From assembly GCA_046703825.1 (NCBI GenBank), contig JBJKSO010000086.1, positions 16,142-80,141 on the forward strand: DNA of 64,000 bases, written 5' to 3'. Shown here in pieces: positions 47,041 through 55,174 of this stretch. How positions within the stretch are numbered: position 1 is the first letter of the stretch; each line of letters opens with the position of its first letter. Origin of the DNA: Candidatus Dormibacteria bacterium (lineage in GTDB: Bacteria > Chloroflexota > Dormibacteria > Aeolococcales > Bog-877). The position numbers and the translations under genes are program-made. The notes under the pieces are model-generated. The model was not told where the DNA came from and searched no databases. It worked only from the letters and a program-made list of their open reading frames with translations.

Positions 47041-48323
47041 CTGAGGTAGCCGCCGTGTCCTCGCCACCGACCGCCGCCCGGCGCGTGCAGCGTGCGCACG
47101 TGACAGCGCTGGACATTGGCACCCAGGTGATCAAGGCGCTGGTGGTCAAGAAGGAGGGCCCCCAGGCGATCGTCCTGGGGGTGGGTCGGGCGGAGCAGGG
47201 CCCGGGCACTCCCGGCGAGTCCAGCGCCTCCGAGTTGGAATCGATCATCGAGGGCTGCCACACGGCTCTGGAGGCGGCCGAGGACATGGCCGAGGTGATC
47301 CCCACCAGGACCGTGGTGGGGATCGGCGGCCCGAGCGTACGGGCGATGAGCAGTTCCTCGACCCGGATGCGCGGCCGGCCTCATGACCGCCTCTCCCGCC
47401 GGGAGATCGACGATCAGGTCGCGGCGATACAACGCCGGGCAATCCGGGACGCCGAGGCCAGCCTTCGTGAGGACACCAGCTACTCCGGCGACGGGCTCCG
47501 ACTGGTGCACTCGTCGATCACGGCGGCGGTGGTGGACGGCCAGCCGGTGTCCGACCCACTTCGCTACCAGGGCCAGAAGGTGGAGCTCACGGTCTTCAAC
47601 ACCTTTGCGCCCGAAGGCCAGTGCGTCGCCCTTGAGGAGATCGCCCAGGCGCTGGACCTGGAACTGCTGCAGATCGTGGCCGAGCCGTACGCCGTGGCGC
47701 GCCTCGCCTCCACCCCGGAAGTCTTGGAGAGCGGCGGCATCTTCATCGACATCGGCGCGCGCACCACCACCGTGAGCCTGGTGCGGGGCGGCGCCCTGGA
47801 GTCCACCCGCATGTTCGAGCTGGGCGGCCGTGCCTTCACCCGCAAGCTCTCCCACGATCTCGAACTCTCGCTCCCTCTCGCCGAGGGTTTGAAGCTGCGC
47901 CATACGGCGGGACTGCTGGGCGGCGAGGAGCGCGCCCGGGTCCGGCGGGCGATGGGGGAGTCTGCCGAGGTGTTGGCCCAGGGCATCGCCCTGGTGCTCC
48001 ATGAGATGGCCGGCAGTCAGCCCCTGCCCACTTCGGTGCGAATGTGTGGCGGCGGCTGCTTGGTGCCGGAGGTGCTAGAGCAGCTGACCGTCCTGCGCTG
48101 GACGGAGTACTTGCCATTCTTGCAGCAACCGCACTTCGTGCGGCTGCAGCCCGAAGACCTCGGCGCGGTGCACGACACCACCGGGCTGCTCAGTTCCACC
48201 GCGGATGTGACGCCGATGGGACTTGCCTACCAGGGATCATGTGAGGTGGAGGAGGAGCCGGCCCCCGGATCGGCTCCCTTTGAGGACATGCTGCGCAAAC
48301 TGAGCAAGGCAATTCGTGGATAG
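47037..48323 (+). CDS. FtsA-like actin-fold ATPase (no adjacent ftsZ)
   Basis: ALDIGT, 1C-like insert (VDGQPVSDPL..QG.KVE), AEPYA, DIGARTT, CGGG, C-terminal amphipathic FEDMLRKLSKAIRG. Confidence 0.85.
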   Translation: MTEVAAVSSPPTAARRVQRAHVTALDIGTQVIKALVVKKEGPQAIVLGVGRAEQGPGTPGESSASELESIIEGCHTALEAAEDMAEVIPTRTVVGIGGPSVRAMSSSSTRMRGRPHDRLSRREIDDQVAAIQRRAIRDAEASLREDTSYSGDGLRLVHSSITAAVVDGQPVSDPLRYQGQKVELTVFNTFAPEGQCVALEEIAQALDLELLQIVAEPYAVARLASTPEVLESGGIFIDIGARTTTVSLVRGGALESTRMFELGGRAFTRKLSHDLELSLPLAEGLKLRHTAGLLGGEERARVRRAMGESAEVLAQGIALVLHEMAGSQPLPTSVRMCGGGCLVPEVLEQLTVLRWTEYLPFLQQPHFVRLQPEDLGAVHDTTGLLSSTADVTPMGLAYQGSCEVEEEPAPGSAPFEDMLRKLSKAIRG

Positions 48324-48349
48324 GCACGAGCAGAAGGCGGTGAGCTGAC

Positions 48350-50038
48350 GTGGCCAAGATGCTCTACGTCGAGCCCAACGACGAGATCACCGATCTCGTC
48401 GATCGCATCCGGCGCGCGGACGAAGAACGTGACCTGGTCTTCGTGGTGCCTCCGGAAGGCCGGGTGCTGCGCTCGCCGCTGGACATGCAGCTGCTGATGC
48501 AGTATGCCCGGGGGTTTCAGAAGCGGACCGCGATTGTCTCGGCGGACCCACAGGTCCAGTCGCTGGCTATGCGGGTCGGGTTCCCGACCTTCAGCTCTCT
48601 GGCGCGATTGGAGCAGGGGGCGCCTCTGGCGGGCGCCCCCGCCGCCGCCGCGACCCTGCCGGTGACCACCGGGATCGCGACCGCCACCATCCCCGAACCC
48701 CGGGAAGTGGTGGCACACAACGGTTCCACCGCTCTGGCGCCCCCGCCGCCGCGGGTGGCACCGGCCACGAGGTCCGCCCCTGCTTCGGGGGGTGGTGGTG
48801 GCCGCTGGTGGGCGACTCGGCGCGCACGCAACATCGGCCTGATTGCGGGAGGCACCATCTTCCTGCTTGGCCTGCTGAGCGTTCTCTTCATTTTGCCGAC
48901 CGCAACTGTCACCGTATCCGTGCAAGCCCACCGGATCAACGACAGCGTGACTTTGCAGGGGAGTCAGGGCGCGAGTGCTGGCAACACCCTCGACCAGTTC
49001 TCAGCGGTGCCGCTGCAGACCCCGACGGCACAAGCGCAGTTCCAGGTGAGTCCCAGCGGGACCAAAGTGGTCCCGGCGGTGCAGGCGACCGGGACCATAG
49101 ACATGTGCACCAACGGGCCCGGCGCCGTTTTCACTTTTGGGCCAAGTCAGCCAGAGTTCCAGGCGACGCAGGGTGTCGACTTCACAACTACCGCGAGCGG
49201 GCAGCAGTCGGCCTACAACTGCAAGGCAGTCGCTGCGGGAACCGAGCCCGCGCTGGCGGTGCCGGTTACGGCAGATTCTGCCCTTACGGTTGGGAGCAAA
49301 GGCAATGTCGCTGCAAGCCAGACCTGGACTTGGACCAACCAGTCGGGTAGCGCACAAGTGCAACCATCCGGGGCGAGCTTTGTCTTGTCCAATCCCGCCG
49401 CCATGACGGGCGGACAGGACGCCTACACCCAGACCATCTTCACCAGCTCCGACGTGGCTTCGGCGCAAGCGCAGCAGCAGCGGGATGCGGCTCAACTGAC
49501 CACAAAGGTTGAGAAAGAGCTGAAGGCAGCTGCCAAGGGCATGGTCATTGCACAGGACTCCAGCGGCAACGGGATTCAACTGACCACCAACAATCCGACC
49601 CTTCCCACCGCCGGCCAGGTGGGCTCGCCCCAGACGCTGACGGTCAGCGTGAGCGCCGCCGCCACTGCGTACAGTCCCAAGGCGGCCAAGGCGGCTGAGC
49701 TGGCGGACCTCAAGTCGAAGGTCCCCCACGACGGCGAATTACTGGCCAATCCGCAGATCGGCACGCCGCATGTCGTCGCCGCCGGTCCCGGGGGCAACAT
49801 CACGCTGAGCGGCAGCGCCGTCGGGTACTGGGCTCCAAAACTGAACCTGGCTCCCTATGCGGGTAAGCTCACGTTCATGAGCCCGAGCGCCGCCAAGAAC
49901 TTTTTGCTCTCGCGAGTCCCCGGATCGGCGCGGGTGCAGATCAAGCAGTCTCCCTTCGGACTCCCCTGGCTGCCGCTGCTGTCGTCTCGGCTCCACCTGG
50001 TGCGCGTATCCACGCTCTCGAGGACAGGCGCTGGCTGA
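48350..50038 (+). CDS. single-pass membrane protein with a baseplate J/gp47-like extracellular domain
   Basis: Small N-terminal alpha/beta domain, Pro/Ala linker, one TM, then ATGTI...F.T...VPVTA...GSKGNV...SNPAAMTGGQD, matching the baseplate-J N-terminal pattern. Confidence 0.7.
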   Translation: MAKMLYVEPNDEITDLVDRIRRADEERDLVFVVPPEGRVLRSPLDMQLLMQYARGFQKRTAIVSADPQVQSLAMRVGFPTFSSLARLEQGAPLAGAPAAAATLPVTTGIATATIPEPREVVAHNGSTALAPPPPRVAPATRSAPASGGGGGRWWATRRARNIGLIAGGTIFLLGLLSVLFILPTATVTVSVQAHRINDSVTLQGSQGASAGNTLDQFSAVPLQTPTAQAQFQVSPSGTKVVPAVQATGTIDMCTNGPGAVFTFGPSQPEFQATQGVDFTTTASGQQSAYNCKAVAAGTEPALAVPVTADSALTVGSKGNVAASQTWTWTNQSGSAQVQPSGASFVLSNPAAMTGGQDAYTQTIFTSSDVASAQAQQQRDAAQLTTKVEKELKAAAKGMVIAQDSSGNGIQLTTNNPTLPTAGQVGSPQTLTVSVSAAATAYSPKAAKAAELADLKSKVPHDGELLANPQIGTPHVVAAGPGGNITLSGSAVGYWAPKLNLAPYAGKLTFMSPSAAKNFLLSRVPGSARVQIKQSPFGLPWLPLLSSRLHLVRVSTLSRTGAG

Positions 50039-50486
50039 GCGCCGGGGGAGGGTCGCCGGCGGCCGTCTGATGGCCATAGACCCCGGGCGGGTCCGTGTCG
50101 GCGTCGCGCTCACCGATCCCGAGCGCAGGATCGCCCAACCCCACGCCACCATCGACAGAAGGCGTCCCGGGGGACTGCTGGCCAGCATCTGCCAGCTGAT
50201 CCGTGACCAGGAGGTGGGAGGAGTAGTGGTGGGCCTGCCTTTGCAGCTGGACGGAAGCCAGGGGGACGAGGCCTTGGCCGCCCGGGAGCTCGGGCGGGAG
50301 ATCCACGACCGGACCGGGTTGCCGGTTGACTTCCTGGATGAGCGCCTGACCACCAGGCAAGCGGAGCGCTCGCTGGTTGCTGCCGGCGTCAGCCGCCGCC
50401 GCCGCCGCGAGGTCGGGGATCGTGTGGCCGCCGCCCTCATCCTGGAGTCCGCGCTCGCTAGTCGGCGAGGTCCGGCGTCTAGGTGA
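50031..50486 (+). CDS. ruvX: YqgF/RuvX nuclease (start CTG 50031 or ATG 50070)
   Basis: AIDPG.VRVGVALTD, VVGLP, DERLTT, DRVAAALILE. Confidence 0.93.
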   Translation: MAERRGRVAGGRLMAIDPGRVRVGVALTDPERRIAQPHATIDRRRPGGLLASICQLIRDQEVGGVVVGLPLQLDGSQGDEALAARELGREIHDRTGLPVDFLDERLTTRQAERSLVAAGVSRRRRREVGDRVAAALILESALASRRGPASR

Positions 50487-51499
50487 GGCGTTGGCTGGCG
50501 GTGCTGCTGGCGCTGGTGGTGGTGGTGGCCGCCGCCGGCGTAGCGCTGGCCCTGGTCGCTCGCAGTGAGCTGGGTCCGGTGCAGTCCTCGCAAACCCGCC
50601 AGGTCCTGGTCACCGTGAAGAAGGGGGAGTCGCTCAACCAGGTGGTCGCCACCTTGGGCAGCGAGAACTTGATCCGCAGCCAGTTCTTCTTCAAGCTCTA
50701 CGCGGACACCAAGGGTCTCGGCGCCAAACTCCGCGCTGGCCACTTCTTTTTGGACCGGGGCATGGGCGCCTCCGAGGTGGTCAACGTGCTGAGCGGGCCG
50801 CCCCAAACCGTCGGGATCCGGGTCACCATCCCCGACGGTCTGCGGGCGCAGCAGGAGGCGGCGGTGCTGCAGAAGCAGGGGCTCTTCTCTCAGAGCGCGT
50901 ACCTAGCCCAGGTCAAGTCGGCTCACTTCTCCAACATCGCAGCGCTGCCGGGGGCGCCGGCGGGCGCCTCCTGGGAGGGGATGGCCTTCGGTGACACCTA
51001 CCAGGTGAGCCCGTCTGTCACTCCCCGCCAGTTCCTGCAGGTGCAGCTCCAGGACTTCAACCGGCGGTTGCGCCAGCGGATCACCGCGGGTGCGGGGAAG
51101 GTTGGCCTCAATCCCTACCAGGTGCTGACCCTGGCCTCGATCGTGTCGGCCGAGGCGAGCAATCCCAAAGATCAGCATCTCATTGCCGGCGTCTTCTACA
51201 ACCGACTCCGAATTGGCATGCCCCTGCAGAGCGACGTGACCGTGCTCTACGCACAAGCGGTGGCGGGTCAGGCCAACGCACCCTTCAACTCCAAGTTCAA
51301 CTCCCCCTACAACACCTACCTGCACCCGGGGCTGCCTCCCGGGCCGATCGACAGCCCGGGAGTTTCCGCGGTCCTGGCGGCGTTGCAGCCGACCAGCAGC
51401 AACTACCTCTACTTCGTGGCGCTTCCCAACGGAAAGGTGCTGTACGCGGTAACCGCCGCGCAGCACCAGCAGCAGGTGCAGCAGGCCGGCCTGGGATGA
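50483..51499 (+). CDS. mltG: endolytic transglycosylase MltG (YceG family)
   Basis: N-terminal TM, VTIPDG, ASIV..E, VFYNRL..GMPLQSD, SPYNTY..PGLPPGPI, YLYFV. Confidence 0.95.
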   Translation: MRRWLAVLLALVVVVAAAGVALALVARSELGPVQSSQTRQVLVTVKKGESLNQVVATLGSENLIRSQFFFKLYADTKGLGAKLRAGHFFLDRGMGASEVVNVLSGPPQTVGIRVTIPDGLRAQQEAAVLQKQGLFSQSAYLAQVKSAHFSNIAALPGAPAGASWEGMAFGDTYQVSPSVTPRQFLQVQLQDFNRRLRQRITAGAGKVGLNPYQVLTLASIVSAEASNPKDQHLIAGVFYNRLRIGMPLQSDVTVLYAQAVAGQANAPFNSKFNSPYNTYLHPGLPPGPIDSPGVSAVLAALQPTSSNYLYFVALPNGKVLYAVTAAQHQQQVQQAGLG

Positions 51500-51521
51500 G
51501 CTGGCCGGGTAGTGCCCGCCG

Positions 51522-52187
51522 TTGACCCCTCTGGAGATCGCCGGCTGGGGGGTCTTGGGAGGCGTGGGGGGCTTTCTCATGGGCCAGCTCTCCCTACGCC
51601 TCGAGGCGCTCGTGCGCGACCAGGATGCCAAGGTGCCCGACCGCGGCCACTACCTGGAGCTGTTCTTGCTGCCCGCGATGGGGGTGATCGGCTTTTTAGC
51701 CTTCGCCGCCCGTCAGGGCATGGGGGCCGGGCTGCTGGTCCACTCGCTCTGGATCCTGGTGCTGATCCAGATCTTCGGATTCGACCTCAAGCACCGGCTC
51801 ATCCTCGACGTGGTCACCCTGCCCTCGCTGGTGCTGGCGGTGGGCCTCGCCACCATCAGCCCCGACCTCACGGTGCTGCGAGCCCTGTTCGGTGTCCTGG
51901 TCGGTGGCGGTGCCTTGCTGCCGTTTGCGCTGATCAGCGAGCTTTTCCACGGCGGCAGGGGCTTCGGCTGGGGGGACGTCAAGCTGGGCATGTTGATCGG
52001 CGCGATCACTGGCATGAGCTTGAACTACGGGCAGCTTTACGCGCTGTGGGCTCTGATCGCCGGGGTGATCATCGGCGGGGTGGTGACGCTGCTGCTGCTG
52101 CTGAGCCGGCGCCTGCGGTTGCGGGACGCACTTCCCTACGGCCCGTTCCTGGTGCTGGGGGCGGGACTGATCCTCTACTTCATGTAG
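51522..52187 (+). CDS. A24 prepilin peptidase (no N-terminal Zn domain)
   Basis: FGFDLKH and GWGDVKL catalytic Asp motifs; PYGPFL. Confidence 0.9.
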   Translation: MTPLEIAGWGVLGGVGGFLMGQLSLRLEALVRDQDAKVPDRGHYLELFLLPAMGVIGFLAFAARQGMGAGLLVHSLWILVLIQIFGFDLKHRLILDVVTLPSLVLAVGLATISPDLTVLRALFGVLVGGGALLPFALISELFHGGRGFGWGDVKLGMLIGAITGMSLNYGQLYALWALIAGVIIGGVVTLLLLLSRRLRLRDALPYGPFLVLGAGLILYFM

Positions 52188-53586
52188 CGGAGGGCGCCGG
52201 TGCCAGCTCGGGTCGGTGGGTGGTCAGCAGCTCGCCCAAAGCCTCGATGGGCTCAGCCGCCAGCCGCAGGCCCTGCTCCGTGCGTAGCTCGGCCATCGCC
52301 TGGTCCAGGGTCATGGCCCGGCGGTAGGGGCGGTCGGTGGTGAGGGCGTCAAACACGTCCGCCACCGCCAGCAGGTTGGCGCCGAAGGGCATGTCCGGTC
52401 CCCGCAGGTGGCGGTGGTAGCCCGACCCGTCCAGCCGCTCGTGGTGCGCCGCTGCCATCTCGACCACGTCGTCCAGGGGCCACAGCGGTGCCAGGATCTC
52501 GTGGGTTATCGCAGGATGGCGCTGCATCGCCTCCATCTCCTCGGGAAGCAAGGGCCCGGCTTTGTCCAGAATCGAGTTGCTGATCGCCAGCTTGCCCAGG
52601 TCGTGGAGCAGGCCGGCCAACCCGATGCGGTCCTGCTCGGAGTCGCTGAAGCCCATCCGTTCGGCGGCGAAGCGCGCCACCGCGGCGGTCCGCGCGGAGT
52701 GGGTCGCCATCCAGGGCGACTTGGCGTCCACCACTGAGGCGAACACCTCGGCGACGCGGATGATCTCGTCGAGCGACTCCAGGCTCAGCTGGTAGGGCAC
52801 GTGGTTGAGCGAGGCGATGTGCTCGGGGTCGGAGATGGTCCCCAGTTCGGTCCAAAGCCGGTCCTCGCGAGCGTGGCCAAGCAGCGTGTCCACCAGCTTG
52901 GGGTCGAACCAGCGCCCCCGGCGCTGGCGGAGCATCGCCTCGGCGGCCCGGGCGCCACCGCGGCGCCAGAGGATCTCCACCGTCTGGGCCAGCAACGCGA
53001 TCCGGGCCAGCACCGGGATCTGGTCGCCCTTGAGCCGGCGCGGGTAGCCGCTGCCGTCCCAGTGCTCGTCCAGCGCCGCCACCGCGGCGGCGGCGTCTCG
53101 GTCCCAACCCAGGCGGAGCATGAGCTCGGCGCCGCGCTCGGAGCGAGCTTGGATGAGTTCACTGACCAGGCCGCTGCCCTTGGTCCGGAGCGACACCATT
53201 TGCGCCATTCGCCGGGTGATCGGCGCGGCGGGGGCGGCCTGGCGCATGGTGACCAGCAGCGAGCGCCACTGGTTGTTCCAGTCCGTCACCTTGAGCTCGG
53301 CCTTGGTGGTGCGGTCGTCGGCACCGAACCAGCGGGCGACGCTGTAAGCGTTGGCTGAGCACCCCACGTCCTTGAGCAGCAGCGTGTAGTACAGGTTGTG
53401 CCGCTCGACCCGACCGAGACCGATCCACTCTCCCACCCGCATTCCCAGCCAGCAGGTGCGAATGGCATGGCCCATGGGCTCGCCCTCGGCGAGATCGAGT
53501 GCGCGGGAGAGGGAGGCAAGTACCAGCGAGCCGGCCAGACCGGCGGCCGGCTCGCGGCGCGGGCGGGGAAGGGCGGTGATGGCCAT
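52180..53586 (-). CDS. tandem HD/HD-GYP phosphohydrolase (cyclic dinucleotide PDE-like)
   Basis: First domain LLKDVGC...EHWDGSGYP (HD replaced by KD); second domain HDLGK...HHERLDGSGYH...ADVFDALTTDRPYR. Confidence 0.88.
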   Translation of the reverse strand: MAITALPRPRREPAAGLAGSLVLASLSRALDLAEGEPMGHAIRTCWLGMRVGEWIGLGRVERHNLYYTLLLKDVGCSANAYSVARWFGADDRTTKAELKVTDWNNQWRSLLVTMRQAAPAAPITRRMAQMVSLRTKGSGLVSELIQARSERGAELMLRLGWDRDAAAAVAALDEHWDGSGYPRRLKGDQIPVLARIALLAQTVEILWRRGGARAAEAMLRQRRGRWFDPKLVDTLLGHAREDRLWTELGTISDPEHIASLNHVPYQLSLESLDEIIRVAEVFASVVDAKSPWMATHSARTAAVARFAAERMGFSDSEQDRIGLAGLLHDLGKLAISNSILDKAGPLLPEEMEAMQRHPAITHEILAPLWPLDDVVEMAAAHHERLDGSGYHRHLRGPDMPFGANLLAVADVFDALTTDRPYRRAMTLDQAMAELRTEQGLRLAAEPIEALGELLTTHRPELAPAPSAT

Positions 53587-53761
53587 GCCCCCCGAGCCTA
53601 GACCGCGCCTCAGGGCCCAGGATCGCGGATTGATCTCAGCTGCGCACGGGTCCGTCGCAGATTTGCGAGATCCGCCGGTCGCCGGGCAGATGGCGCGGCG
53701 GCGGGCTGGCATGATCAGGGGTGGAGCCGGGCGGTCAAGCCCGACCGATCAGGAGTAGTGC

Positions 53762-54319
53762 ATGATCAACGCCGGGGAACTGAGGGCGGGGACCACCGTC
53801 GAACGCAACGGACAGCTACTCGAGGTGCTCTCCTTCGAGCACATCAAGCTGGGCCGCGGCACCGCGGTGGTGCGTACCCGCCTGCGCAACGTCAACACCG
53901 GGGCTGTGACCGAGGAGACGTTCCGGCCTGAGGAGAAGTTCCCCAGAGCGCGGATCGAGCGGCTGGAGGCGCAGTACCTGTACCGCGACGGGGACAACTT
54001 TGTGGTCATGGACACCCAGTCCTACGACCAGTTCCCGGTCAGCCCGGAGCGGTTCGGCGACGCGGTCTACTACCTGCGGGAGTCGGACACCCTCACCGTG
54101 CTGCGCTACGAGGACCGGGTGATCGGTGTCGAGATGCCGATCACGGTCGAGCTCGAGGTGACCCAGACCGAGCCTGGCTTCCGCGGTGACACCGCCACCG
54201 GGGCCAGCAAGCCGGCCACTTTGGCGACCGGGCTTACCGTGGACGTGCCCCTGTTCGTCAACGTCGGCGACCGCATCAAGGTGGACACCCGCAGCGGCAA
54301 GTTCCTGGAGCGCGCCTAG
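53762..54319 (+). CDS. efp: elongation factor P
   Basis: QYLYRDG, MD..SYDQ, PGFRGDT, KPATL.TG, VPLFV, KVDTR. Confidence 0.97.
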   Translation: MINAGELRAGTTVERNGQLLEVLSFEHIKLGRGTAVVRTRLRNVNTGAVTEETFRPEEKFPRARIERLEAQYLYRDGDNFVVMDTQSYDQFPVSPERFGDAVYYLRESDTLTVLRYEDRVIGVEMPITVELEVTQTEPGFRGDTATGASKPATLATGLTVDVPLFVNVGDRIKVDTRSGKFLERA

Positions 54320-54320
54320 G

Positions 54321-54680
54321 GTGGAGGAGGGGGCGCCGGCGGGGGTCACGCCGGGGGGCCGTGTGGGGGTGGCGCAGGAGGTGGTCGCCGGGGTGGCCGC
54401 CCGGGCCGCGCTGGAGGTGGAGGGAGTGGCCGGTCTCTGCGACCCCGGCCTGCGCGTCTCCCGTCTGCTGCACCACCAGCACGCCCACCGCGGGGTTGAG
54501 CTGGACATGATCGGAGGCGCCGGGATCCGCCTTGAGCTCTATCTGGCGATGCGCTCCGAGGCTACGCTACCCCAGATCACCGAGGAGGTGGAGCGTCGGG
54601 TCACCCACCAGCTGCAGTGGATGCTGGGCCTACAGGTACTGGAACTCAATCTGCATATAGTCGAGCTCGACGAGGGGTGA
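54321..54680 (+). CDS. Asp23/Gls24 envelope stress protein
   Basis: EVVAGVAARAALEVEGV...GV...LGL.V.ELNLHI; efp-nusB context. Confidence 0.85.
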   Translation: MEEGAPAGVTPGGRVGVAQEVVAGVAARAALEVEGVAGLCDPGLRVSRLLHHQHAHRGVELDMIGGAGIRLELYLAMRSEATLPQITEEVERRVTHQLQWMLGLQVLELNLHIVELDEG

Positions 54681-55174
54681 GAGCCATGGGTGACGCCCAC
54701 GCCCGGAGCGAAGGTGGGGAGCGGGGTGGCCGCGGCCCCTACCGCCGCGCTCGCCATCAGGGTCGGGAGCTGGCGGTGCGGGTGCTCTTCCAGCTGGAGT
54801 TGCAGCCGGGCGACTGGCGCGCTCCCCTCGTCTACCAGCTGCGCGAGGCTCCGCAGCCGCCGGGCGCCCGCAGCTTCGCCGAGGAGCTGCTGGAGGGGGC
54901 TGTGGGTCACGCCGGCGAGATTGACACCTTGATCGGCCGGGTCTCGAGCCACTGGAGCTTGGACCAGATGGGCGCGGTGGAGCGCGCCGTGCTGCGACTC
55001 GGCGTCGAGGAGCTCCGCTTTCGCGGCCGGGAGCCCGCGGCGGTGGTGATCGACGAGGCCGTGGAGCTGGCCAAGCAGATGGCCGGTCCCGAGGCGGCCC
55101 GGTTCGTCAACGGTGTCCTGGGCCAGATGGCGCGCGAACCAGAGGACGAGGATGCGGCTGCTGCAGGTCGGTGA
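54677..55174 (+). CDS. nusB: transcription antitermination factor NusB
   Basis: RHQGRELAV, ID.LI, VERAVLR, VVIDEAVELAK, FVNGVL. Confidence 0.95.
   Translation: MRAMGDAHARSEGGERGGRGPYRRARHQGRELAVRVLFQLELQPGDWRAPLVYQLREAPQPPGARSFAEELLEGAVGHAGEIDTLIGRVSSHWSLDQMGAVERAVLRLGVEELRFRGREPAAVVIDEAVELAKQMAGPEAARFVNGVLGQMAREPEDEDAAAAGR

Noticed and set aside
15177-47067. Long antisense ORFs (e.g. 15177-16742, 22610-23845, 26996-28414, 31489-32724, 44869-47067)
   Set aside because: Shadow frames of well-conserved high-GC genes, with no recognisable motifs.
47037-50038. Prophage or contractile injection system
   Set aside because: No capsid, terminase, sheath, tube or spike genes; the baseplate-like gene has a TM and sits within a housekeeping operon.
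52180-52187. 8-nt convergent overlap of the prepilin peptidase and HD-GYP genes
   Set aside because: Short tail-to-tail overlaps are common, and nothing suggests regulation.
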